From the IMG/VR virus record IMGVR_UViG_3300049324_000002, positions 82,491 to 146,490 of that record: 64,000 bases of DNA; one strand, given 5' to 3'. Under the pieces are notes generated by a model that did not search any database, was not told the DNA's origin, and saw only the letters and a list, made by a program, of their open reading frames with translations. Origin of the DNA: a virus. Made by a program: the position numbers and the translations under genes. Position 1 is the stretch's first letter, and every line of letters begins with the position of its first letter. Of this stretch, positions 1 to 8,879 are shown piece after piece.

Positions 1-2620
1 GTTCGGATCGATTCGCCTCGGCTCGCGTAGTCAACTGAGAAGGAAAGATCTGAATGGAAGAGTCGGACTGGAAACGTCGAGGGCTGACCTGAAACGAGTA
101 GTCGGACTAGGAATGCCAAGAAACGATTAGCATCGAGTAGTCGGAATAGAATAGCTAAGGCAAGACAAGATCAGTCGGAACAGACAGGACTCGCAAAGGA
201 ACAGAAGTGCCATGAGTAGTCGGTCCGACGTGAATCGACAATGTTAGGAATAGTCGTACGGGGCCGATACGCCTCGACTTGAACTGTCGAAACGAAATGA
301 CTTGGCGGGCATGGAGAAGTCGGTCTAGAAACGACAAGATCTGCAACGGCTAGTCAGATCGGAGGGAATTGACTGGTATGGAAGCGGGAAGTCGGATGGG
401 GAATGACTGGATTGGAAAGCGGGTAGTCACGCGAGACGAATCGACACGCATAGTCGAACAGACATGATAGGAAACGCGTCGAGTAGTCGTCAAGGACTGA
501 CCCGACACGAGTAGTCAAAAGGCACGCATCGTCTGGAAACGAGTAGTCAAACGGGGTGAATCGCCACGCACAGTCAACCGACTCGATCTGACCCGTAAGG
601 AAACGAGTAGTCGGAAAGAAAGGAAGCGAAGACGGAACGCGTCGAGTAGTCGGAACGGATGAGTAATGAAATCGCATCGCCACGAGTAGTCGGCATGGCA
701 GGGGAGAGGCGAGAGTAGTCGAAAGGACGTGAACCGATATGAATAGATTCGTCGTATCGAGCTGAGGGGATGAGAAACGCATCGCGTAGTCAGACGGGAC
801 TGGACATGATTAGTCGGATAAGACGTGAGCGGTAAAGAGTAGTCGGAAGTGTGCCGCTAGGACCTGACACGTCAAGCGAACAGAGTCGATCTGACCCGTC
901 AACAGAAGTGACACGTAAAGAATAGTCGGACCCGGAAGGTAGGGAACGGACCTGACACGTCACCAGAGCAGAAGTGGCACGCAAAGAGTAGTCAACTGAC
1001 ACGGAGTGAGTGGACGTGGATAGCGTAGTCAATCGAGACGACCCGAAACGCAAGGAGAAGTCGGAAAAGATACGGACAGAAAGTGGATTGAGTAGTCATA
1101 CGAGACGACACGGAACGTAAGGAGAAGTCGTGCGATTCGAATCGATAGGAATCGAAGTAGAGTAGTCGAACGGACCCGACGTGGGAGGAAAAGGGCAGTC
1201 ACCTGACCCGGCGCGGACCGAGCGGGAAAGAGTAGTCGAGGTGGAGAGCCCAGAATCGATCTGTCGAAGCGGACCGAACGGTCGTGAATTGAGTAGTCGT
1301 ACTGAGTTGGAATCGAGTGGGAATGAGTAGTCAACTGAGCGGAATTGTACAGAGTAGTCAAACGAATCGAAGCGGTATCGCGCGGGAATGAGTAGTCGCA
1401 CAGTATTGAGCGGGCTCGCGTTGAGTAGTCAACTGACACGAAGGGACGTGGCACGATCCGTCAGGTCACATCGCATCGAATAGACGTGAGTAGTCGAAAC
1501 GAAGGGAAACGACTCGGGTCGGCTCGAACAGAGATGTCGAAACGAATCGGCGGGATATGGAAAGTCGTAACGGGTCGGCGGGATGTGAGATGTCGAAAAG
1601 ATAAGACACGACCGGAAAAGAAGAAAGAGACGCGACTGGTCGAACGAAAAGAATCGGAATGGATCGCGTAGACTCGTCACCAGAACAGAGCGGGTCGGTA
1701 GTGATCTGTCGGGCGACAAGACACGGCGCGATGTGAAAAGTCGAAAGAAACGACCTGAACCGTAGAGCATCGACAGGTCGCTGGGAACGAATTGTCCGGG
1801 CCAGAGAAGTCACACGAGTGGGAACGAATAGGTCTGTCACTCGAAATGAGTTGACGCGGTAATGGGTAGTCAAGTGAAAAGACGTGGCAGGAATGGACGT
1901 GAGTAGTCACACGATCCGATATGATCGGAAGGGACTTGTCGGTATAGTAAGAATGGATCGGTGACGATCAGTCGAATAGACCGGGAACGACACAACGCGA
2001 CATGAGTAGTCAATCGAATCGATAAGCGTGGCATGGACTTGTCGGACTAGCAAGGACCAGAAAAGATCTGTCGAACGGACCTGACTCGACCAGCATGGAC
2101 ATGAGTAGTCAACTGACACGGATCGAGTGGCATGGACTTGTCGAAACGAAGGGATACGCCTCGACTTGACCTGTCAAAAGACCGGAAAGGACCAGACTCG
2201 ACGCGATAGGTCACATCGAAACAAATAGACGCGAATCGTCAAACGATAAGACAAGATGCGAAACGACTGGACCTGTCGAAATGATCGGACGGGCAGTGAT
2301 TTGTCAAATGAAGCGATTGGACGGGAAATGACACGTCACATGAATCGACCGGGAGCGACCCGATAGGTCGTACGAAGTGAAAGGGCAGGAAAGGACATGT
2401 CAGCATGAACAGAAATGTAGCGATCTGAACGGTCGTGCAGAAGTGGGGTGATGGGAAAGGACATGTCAGTGCGAATGGACCGGGCATGACTTGCCACGTC
2501 AAGCGACCAGACCAGACTAGACTCGAAGCGATAGGTCGAACAGGAACGACGCGACTCGATAGGATATGTCACAACGACCGGAATCGACGCGTCACGACGC
2601 GATATGTCACACGATACCCA
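1..2620 (-). repeat. Phased pentamer array (~78 units, mostly 27-28, 32-33 or 37-39 bp); putative ncRNA array, truncated at the left window edge
   Basis: Plus strand parses as GTC-N4/6-(GANNN)4-7, e.g. 2303 GTC aaat GAagc GAttg GAcgg GAaat GAcac GTC acat GAatc GAccg GGagc GAccc GAtag GTC. Many units end GAGTA-GTC. No credible ORF. Strand inferred from the promoter at 2639-2668. Confidence 0.9.
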
Positions 2621-2638
2621 GACCACTGGGGTACCACC

Positions 2639-2668
2639 ATCATACCCCACCCGGCCACCGCCACTCAA
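2639..2668 (-). promoter_or_regulatory. sigma70/HrdB-type promoter pointing into the pentamer array
   Basis: Minus strand TTGAGT-N18-TATGAT; predicted start ~2632, about 20 nt before the first pentamers; same class as the other promoters in the window. Confidence 0.6.
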
Positions 2669-2708
2669 ACAAAAGCAAAAGAACACAAACAATAAAACGG
2701 TGCAGCCG

Positions 2709-2780
2709 TGCCCCCAGGGAATTCTGCCATCCCGACCCACGCTTTAAAAGAGCGTTGCTCTGCTTCTGAGCTATAGGGGC
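2709..2780 (-). tRNA. tRNA-Lys(UUU) with non-canonical T-loop, no encoded CCA
   Basis: GCCCCTA/TGGGGGC acceptor stem, GCTC/GAGC D-stem, ACGCT-CTTTTAA-AGCGT anticodon arm, T-arm GGGAT-GGCAGAA-TTCCC. Confidence 0.85.
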
Positions 2781-2790
2781 CAATATTTAA

Positions 2791-3126
2791 CTAGGAAACC
2801 TCAGAATTAGTTGACTGCCAATGAGCCAACAAATCCTCATCGACGTCACCCAACGAATCCACCCGCTCAGTAAAACCATACGACGCCCACCACTGACCCG
2901 GGAGCACGTCACCCTCCACCAACCGCTGATCCAACGACTCAAACGCCCACGCCGCCGACCCATACAACAGAAGCTTCTGCTCAGGATCAGAAACCTCAGC
3001 AGCCTGCTTCAACGTACCCCTAATATAACCCAACCCCTGCGACGCCGATCCACCAAACCTAGAATCCCTACTAGCTCGCAAACCATGCGAGTCCTTAGCA
3101 ACAGAAGGCTTATCAACACCAGACAC
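2791..3126 (-). CDS. hypothetical protein
   Basis: ORF with AGGAG RBS before GTG at 3126. Confidence 0.65.
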   Translation of the reverse strand: MSGVDKPSVAKDSHGLRASRDSRFGGSASQGLGYIRGTLKQAAEVSDPEQKLLLYGSAAWAFESLDQRLVEGDVLPGQWWASYGFTERVDSLGDVDEDLLAHWQSTNSEVS

Positions 3127-3368
3127 GACAACACTCCTAACTAGACAACCCGATAACAAACAACACCACCAGTATACCAAACGCCACCACACAACCCAGT
3201 ACAAAACCCGCTAACACAGTCAACACCATGCCAGCCAACATAGCGATCACAGCGCCCATCACACATCCTACCGACGATTCTCCAACAACCAACACACGCC
3301 AAAAACAATCAAAGCCAACAAAAACATACCAAGCAGTATGTAAAGAAGAACACCCAACGACTCTAACA

Positions 3369-3602
3369 CTAAATAGCCTCAATACTATCAGCCCACTGCC
3401 GCGCCCACTGACCAATCCTAGAAAAAAACTCCTCTTTCTCACCATCAGAGAGACCGCGAAACAAATTAGAATAAGTAGAACTAGCTTCAACCCGAACACG
3501 CCACTCAGCATCCAACAACTTATTAAGCATACGTATTTTCTCAGAAGAAGAAAACAAAATTATATACTGATTAAACGTATCATCAACTTTAGAATCAGAC
3601 AT
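3369..3602 (-). CDS. small coiled-coil protein (paralogue family A)
   Basis: GLSDGEKEEFFSRI motif shared with neighbours. Confidence 0.65.
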   Translation of the reverse strand: MSDSKVDDTFNQYIILFSSSEKIRMLNKLLDAEWRVRVEASSTYSNLFRGLSDGEKEEFFSRIGQWARQWADSIEAI

Positions 3603-3813
3603 CAGAACCACCCGGGCCAAACTCGATATCTAACCTATCATTCAACTCGCGCATCTGACTCTCCGACAACCCACTAACCATAGCAGCAAACTCACCATCA
3701 AGCTTGCATGCAATATCAGTCACATGATCTAACTTAACTCTAGCCTCGCTAACATCAGCTTTCGCTGACTGTAAATCACGAAACACCACAATGATTTCAA
3801 TAATCTCATCCAT
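3595..3813 (-). CDS. small coiled-coil protein (paralogue family A)
   Basis: GLSESQMRELNDRL; overlaps neighbours. Confidence 0.65.
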   Translation of the reverse strand: MDEIIEIIVVFRDLQSAKADVSEARVKLDHVTDIACKLDGEFAAMVSGLSESQMRELNDRLDIEFGPGGSDV

Positions 3814-4039
3814 TAGAACCACCCGGCAAAGCATTAACACGCTCAGTCAACTCACCACGCTGAGCCTCAGACAACCTACGCAACGCAACACCATACCGAT
3901 CAATAGACCTCTCCTGCACACCCAACGCCTCATCCAACAACTTCCTAGCCCGACCCACCCGAGCCTTATCCTCCTGCAACGTCACATAAAGGCGAAAAGC
4001 TGTGTACACATCGTCGAAATCGTCAGTGCGAAGTATCAT
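3806..4039 (-). CDS. small coiled-coil protein (paralogue family A)
   Basis: RLSEAQRGELTERV; ATGA overlap with upstream gene. Confidence 0.7.
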   Translation of the reverse strand: MILRTDDFDDVYTAFRLYVTLQEDKARVGRARKLLDEALGVQERSIDRYGVALRRLSEAQRGELTERVNALPGGSNG

Positions 4040-4296
4040 GACCCCTTCAACTCTCCACCACTAAACGCATACGTCCAACCAGCATCCACAACATGACGAA
4101 CCAACGCGTCACTCGCGTCCTCACCGAAACTAGCCGCTATATAAAGAATCTCCTCACACAACAACGCACGCTGCAACCGCACACCCAACTTCTCAAAACC
4201 AGGACGCGACCACTCACGACGACAAGAAGACAACGCAATCTCAAACAACCCAGCCGTATCAACATTAAAATCAGTATTACTATTAGTGCCAGGCAT
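4036..4296 (-). CDS. hypothetical protein
   Basis: Fits tightly packed operon. Confidence 0.6.
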   Translation of the reverse strand: MPGTNSNTDFNVDTAGLFEIALSSCRREWSRPGFEKLGVRLQRALLCEEILYIAASFGEDASDALVRHVVDAGWTYAFSGGELKGS

Positions 4297-4537
4297 CAGG
4301 ACCACCACCCTCCGACACCACTGACCCGGCCACACCCAACGACGCCAAACGGTCATTCACCTCTTGAACCTCACCATCAGACAACCCACTCAGCAAACTA
4401 CAAAACCGAGCGTCCGCGTTATTCTTCGCGATCTGCGCCTTCAACAACTCCTGCTGAGCCAACTCAACACCCACACGAGTCTCCTGCAGCACGCGATACG
4501 CATCAAGGGTTTCAGTAACAACATCAACACTGTCCAT
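4283..4537 (-). CDS. small coiled-coil protein (paralogue family A)
   Basis: GLSDGEVQEVNDRL. Confidence 0.65.
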   Translation of the reverse strand: MDSVDVVTETLDAYRVLQETRVGVELAQQELLKAQIAKNNADARFCSLLSGLSDGEVQEVNDRLASLGVAGSVVSEGGGPDAWH

Positions 4538-4635
4538 AACGAATCAACTCACCCTGTCACGATTATTTGTTGTCAACACCCGAATGCTATATCCCCTGGG
4601 GAGGGGACCCTCCTACCGAGGAAAACAGACCAAGA

Positions 4636-4935
4636 TCAACGTGGGCTAGTGCGAGCCTCACGAGCAAGACGAGTGGCCTCAACAAGAGCACCCTGCCAAT
4701 CATCCAACTGATCCCGTAAATCCTTCAACGACCCCTTGATATCAAACAGAGAATCAAGAATAGGATGATCTACAGGAACAAGACCCGTATCCTTAATCTT
4801 AAACTCCTCAACAACCAAATCACAACTCATATGATAAAGAGTCCTAGCCACAACATCCAATACTCCACTCAAAGCATCACGCTGATCTTCAGTCAACGTA
4901 GTAACACCAGGAATACTAGCCATCTTAATCCTCAC
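4636..4935 (-). CDS. hypothetical protein
   Basis: ORF, operon packing. Confidence 0.65.
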   Translation of the reverse strand: MRIKMASIPGVTTLTEDQRDALSGVLDVVARTLYHMSCDLVVEEFKIKDTGLVPVDHPILDSLFDIKGSLKDLRDQLDDWQGALVEATRLAREARTSPR

Positions 4936-5203
4936 TCATTTCAGAATGCAGCACCTCACGGGAAACCGATAACAACCAACGACACACCAAAGCCGTAATA
5001 TTAGCAAGAGAAGTGCTAGCCTGAGTAGCAAACGCATCAAACTCAGCTAACACCACACCATCCGTCACAGACAGATCACACTGATCAATCATGTGAACAG
5101 CAACACTCAAATTCTGTTGACACTCACGAACAGCCGACAACGCAGCCATCAGCTCATCCTGCGTCTGCAAAGAATTCATGCGAATGAGATCTGACCTCAT
5201 CAA
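4925..5203 (-). CDS. hypothetical protein
   Basis: ORF, operon packing. Confidence 0.6.
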   Translation of the reverse strand: MMRSDLIRMNSLQTQDELMAALSAVRECQQNLSVAVHMIDQCDLSVTDGVVLAEFDAFATQASTSLANITALVCRWLLSVSREVLHSEMSED

Positions 5204-5209
5204 AACCCC

Positions 5210-5425
5210 TTAAAGATCTAGTCGAAGCTGACCGTGATCCATCCAATACTGTGCTTCAGTGATCCACCGCTCCCGACCCCTCACAGGACCCTCAAGCCAG
5301 CGAACCTTCAGACTCCAACTAGTACCCTCCGTGCGCTGCAGCACAACAGCCCTCGTCGTTTTATCCTTCTCAACCCACAACACATTCTCACCACGCTTAG
5401 GCTTCCCAGAAGGCGTAGGCATCAC
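5210..5425 (-). CDS. small SH3-like hypothetical protein
   Basis: beta-rich 71 aa ORF. Confidence 0.6.
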   Translation of the reverse strand: MMPTPSGKPKRGENVLWVEKDKTTRAVVLQRTEGTSWSLKVRWLEGPVRGRERWITEAQYWMDHGQLRLDL

Positions 5426-5558
5426 TCATCACTCGCATCCCGGACAGCCCTACGACGATCAGTACTACGCACCCGAGCCCTACCATGAGAACCCGCAGCA
5501 CCGGACCAACGCAGGCGCTGTACGCGCGCCACGCGGGCCGGAACCGGCTGCCTGGCCA

Positions 5559-6524
5559 TCAGCCCACCACCTCCCCATCCCGCGCGTCGTGCCCAATCAA
5601 GAACCGCTCATCTTTGGCAGAAGACTCCAAGTCAGCAACGAACCGAACCTCAGAGCCCGTAGGCGCCGACCGCAGCTCCACAGGAGGCAACGTCCACACC
5701 CGGAAACCATTACCCTGCACCAACATCTTGCCAGCCTTCAAACTCATAATCTTACCAGTCACCAGAGTAACACCAGACGGGATAGGCAAATACGGTGCAG
5801 GAATAGGACCACTCACCACACGCATCACCGCAGAAACCTGACGCTCCGTCAACGTCCCACGCGTCACCAAATCCTCAGCAAGCGAGCAATAAAAGCACTT
5901 CTCAGCACCAACACAACCCGCAGTAACATGCTCCTGAACCGTCCGGTACAAAAACCCAGACACCCGCCTATTCTGCGGAGACGCAGCCAACCACTCACGC
6001 CTCGTCTGGTCGATCTTCGTCCAACGCTCCGCAGCCTCAGCCGGAACAGCCTCCTCAGCCGCCCGCGCCTTCTTCCGCATCCCAGCCACGAACTCGCGCA
6101 ACGCGCCCGCTCGAGCGGCAACCTCAGACATCTTCGCCGCACCCATCGAAGCAGCACAATCCACACCAGTCGTAATGACACCCGACTCGCCGTCAATATC
6201 AGGACGCCACGACCACACCACCGCATAACGAATATGTGCACCACAGATGGAACACTGAGACAACGCACGACGATCACCCACCGCACGACGCGCGTACCGA
6301 GCAGCCTTCACCTTCTGCTTCTCAGCGAACGACAACCACGCACCCGGGACACGAGCACGCGTCACCAACGCAGCAACATCATCCTTAGCGTTGCCAGCAT
6401 AAAGATCAAGAACATCCACGAACACATAGTGCTCAGGGACAAGAACACCAACACGATGCTCGTCAACACGCTGCGTGGCCATCACGCCTCCCTGCCTTGG
6501 GGAAACCTTCTCGGTGTTCGTCAT
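5559..6524 (-). CDS. zinc-finger-containing hypothetical protein (leaderless MTNT start)
   Basis: CSICGAHIRY...GVDCA and CFYC motifs; TTGACC-N17-TAACCT-N6-ATG directly upstream. Confidence 0.8.
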   Translation of the reverse strand: MTNTEKVSPRQGGVMATQRVDEHRVGVLVPEHYVFVDVLDLYAGNAKDDVAALVTRARVPGAWLSFAEKQKVKAARYARRAVGDRRALSQCSICGAHIRYAVVWSWRPDIDGESGVITTGVDCAASMGAAKMSEVAARAGALREFVAGMRKKARAAEEAVPAEAAERWTKIDQTRREWLAASPQNRRVSGFLYRTVQEHVTAGCVGAEKCFYCSLAEDLVTRGTLTERQVSAVMRVVSGPIPAPYLPIPSGVTLVTGKIMSLKAGKMLVQGNGFRVWTLPPVELRSAPTGSEVRFVADLESSAKDERFLIGHDARDGEVVG

Positions 6525-6591
6525 ACCCGTAGGTTAGCATGCAGGCAGCACGAGGTCAACTAGAATCTAGAGATCTACAGGATTTGCGAGA

Positions 6592-7134
6592 TCAGACAGC
6601 AGAGCAAGAAGCTCTATAATGACCAATGATCTCGTAAGCAAACCACACGATAGCAAAAGCCTCAACACCACAAAACAACATCAAAATAATCGAAGGATGA
6701 GGAACCATAATACCGTAAACTAAAGCGGCTGCCCAACCAACACCACAAAAAACAAGAATATCTATTGACATCTGAATAAACTTAACTCTACGTCTATTCT
6801 TTACAGAACGATGAAATGACTCCCAACCCAAAACAGTGACATAAGAAGAATTGTATAGCTTAGGAGACAACTCCGTACGGATATAATTACCAATCTCAGT
6901 TATCTTTGTATCGTTAGCTAAATAAGTCCACCCAAACACTAAACACACAGGAGGAAGCAATAGTAAAGCAACAACATGTGGAGATGAACTACCAAACGCA
7001 AAAAACACCACAGCAGCTACAGAAGTAAAAGTAGCATAAATCAAATTATCGCGAACAGTAATACGAGAACGCTGCTCCTCTTTCAAAAGCTTATACTCAG
7101 TTAAATACACTTCAGTCAGATCAGAAGAATCCAT
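6592..7134 (-). CDS. integral membrane protein (~4 TM)
   Basis: EYKLLKEEQRSRI..RDNLIY start typical of an actinomycete membrane family; hydrophobic segments. Confidence 0.75.
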   Translation of the reverse strand: MDSSDLTEVYLTEYKLLKEEQRSRITVRDNLIYATFTSVAAVVFFAFGSSSPHVVALLLLPPVCLVFGWTYLANDTKITEIGNYIRTELSPKLYNSSYVTVLGWESFHRSVKNRRRVKFIQMSIDILVFCGVGWAAALVYGIMVPHPSIILMLFCGVEAFAIVWFAYEIIGHYRASCSAV

Positions 7135-7272
7135 TACACCCAACCGCTCCCCGTCAGCAAATCCCAACAATAATAACAATACCCATGAATAACTGCATCT
7201 TCACTGCAAGACATACACTTACTAGAAACTCGAGACAACTTTATGTTAAAGAAATGCCACAATAAAATCTTA

Positions 7273-7500
7273 TCATGAAGCAACTCGAGCCGATGAATGC
7301 AACTTCGCAATAGACATATTAATATCACGGACCAGCTCCTCCATCGCCCACAACTGCGAACTCAAACCACTAAGCTTGTCAGCATACTCAGGACTCATTT
7401 GCATAGCATCATCAATATGAGTAGCACCCTGACGCAACGAACTCACAGCATGACGGGTATTCATCTCGGCAGCATCAAGCTCTTCTAAAAAGTTTCTCAC
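7273..7500 (-). CDS. small helical hypothetical protein
   Basis: ORF. Confidence 0.6.
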   Translation of the reverse strand: MRNFLEELDAAEMNTRHAVSSLRQGATHIDDAMQMSPEYADKLSGLSSQLWAMEELVRDINMSIAKLHSSARVAS

Positions 7501-7508
7501 AACAACCC

Positions 7509-7916
7509 CTAAACTCTAGCAGGAAAACCAGCCTCAATTAAAACAGGACACTCAATAGTCAGGTGCCCCTTAGCCCCACGAATAATGTTCATGTCAGAAC
7601 AAGCTCCACACCCGGAGCAATGCTTATTCTGCGCTCGAGCGCACGCAGGACACGGACCGCGCGAGAACTCACCAGCCTGCTTATGATTATGCGCAGCAGC
7701 TTTGCGTAGTTCCCGCACGGCCCGTAAAAGCCCGTCCCTCTTATGAAGCGCAGCTACATCACCCGGAGATGAATACAGAGTACCACCTCGTGAGGCTTGA
7801 GCATTTAGCTCATTAGCCTCAAGCTGCAACGTACTAGCGACATCACTCAGCCACTTATACGCTGCAATAAAACCATCTACCTGAGCCTTCGTCACCGCTG
7901 AAGTAGTAGCCACCAT
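7509..7916 (-). CDS. hypothetical protein with Cys-rich C-terminus
   Basis: CPAC...HCSGCGAC. Confidence 0.65.
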   Translation of the reverse strand: MVATTSAVTKAQVDGFIAAYKWLSDVASTLQLEANELNAQASRGGTLYSSPGDVAALHKRDGLLRAVRELRKAAAHNHKQAGEFSRGPCPACARAQNKHCSGCGACSDMNIIRGAKGHLTIECPVLIEAGFPARV

Positions 7917-7921
7917 ACATC

Positions 7922-8209
7922 CTACCGGAAAGCGTAAGCCTCCTGCTCGGCAACGTGCTCCAAAGGCTGGCCAGCCCGCTGAGCACGACGCTTCAACGAC
8001 CGACGCTCATCCTCAGACAAACCACCCCACACACCAGCATCCTGTCCAGACTTCAAAGCCCAGATCAAACACTCAGTAGCGACGGGGCACCGACGACAAA
8101 CCGCCTTCGCCTTATTAACCTGCACCAAAGCAGGACCACTTTGCCCTACAGGAAAAAACATCTCCGGATCCTCTTTACGACAAGCAGCACGGTGACGCCA
8201 ATCAGCCAT
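7922..8209 (-). CDS. whiB: WhiB family Fe-S transcription factor, WhiB1/WblE-like
   Basis: MADWRHRAAC..DPEMFFPVG..C-RR-C..EC..GVWGGLSEDERRSLKRR; GAGGAGG RBS. Confidence 0.95.
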   Translation of the reverse strand: MADWRHRAACRKEDPEMFFPVGQSGPALVQVNKAKAVCRRCPVATECLIWALKSGQDAGVWGGLSEDERRSLKRRAQRAGQPLEHVAEQEAYAFR

Positions 8210-8300
8210 CGGAAACACCTCCTCGCCACTAAGAACAGGACACCCACGTCCTACCCAACAACACCAAGGAAGGAAGCAGAGATATAAAGCATACAACAAC

Positions 8301-8344
8301 GACACGAGGGTGCAACCCATTTACATGAGATGCACCCTCGTGTC
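8301..8344. terminator. 14-bp inverted repeat (likely terminator)
   Basis: GACACGAGGGTGCA...TGCACCCTCGTGTC. Confidence 0.6.
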
Positions 8345-8372
8345 GACAAAACAGAACGCTTACCCGGGCGAC

Positions 8373-8879
8373 CTACCCAAGCTTCGGGGCATCAATAGCC
8401 GGGATAGGACGATCCGACTGGATGTAATCGAGGTTAGTTACGATCTTAGTACCATCCGCAAGGAAGAAGAAAATACCAGGATCTCCATTACCATACGAAC
8501 CATCATCCTGAGGACCATCAACCACAACAGGCTGGCAACCGTAGTAACCAGTAGTCCCGCCACAAGTCCAATGCACATCCTGCTCAGGAGTGGCCTGACT
8601 ACCATTAGAACTAATCTTGCCACGAGTCACGTAGTAACCCTTGATCTGACCAAAACTCATCACATACAAGTAACCAATAGCATCAGGGTTCTCTTCGCGC
8701 TTACGCTTCTCCTCAAGATTCGACTTCTCAAGAGTAGGACCCGTAGCCTTCTGAGCCTGCAAAGTATCACGAGCCTTATCATCAGCCGTCTGATTATCAC
8801 ACCCGGCTAGCACAAGAGCGGCCGAAAGCAGAACACCAATCACGCCAGCCCTACGAGTAGGAGTCTTCAAATTAATCAA
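8373..8879 (-). CDS. lipoprotein
   Basis: Basic N-terminus, hydrophobic stretch, LAG-C lipobox. Confidence 0.85.
   Translation of the reverse strand: MINLKTPTRRAGVIGVLLSAALVLAGCDNQTADDKARDTLQAQKATGPTLEKSNLEEKRKREENPDAIGYLYVMSFGQIKGYYVTRGKISSNGSQATPEQDVHWTCGGTTGYYGCQPVVVDGPQDDGSYGNGDPGIFFFLADGTKIVTNLDYIQSDRPIPAIDAPKLG

Noticed and set aside
1-2620. Canonical CRISPR array
   Set aside because: The constant part is only 3-8 nt, not a 23-47-nt repeat, the 'spacers' are themselves periodic, and there is no cas1/cas2. The Cas4-like nuclease at 41.8 kb is a common phage recombination gene.
155-2769. Many overlapping ORFs with DYS/RLL/TT repeats
   Set aside because: They occur in all frames, are short and lack RBSs; they are by-products of the 5-nt periodic repeat.
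5259-6563. 434-aa plus-strand ORF
   Set aside because: Antisense shadow of 5559-6524; its R/H/T/P-rich composition reflects strand skew.
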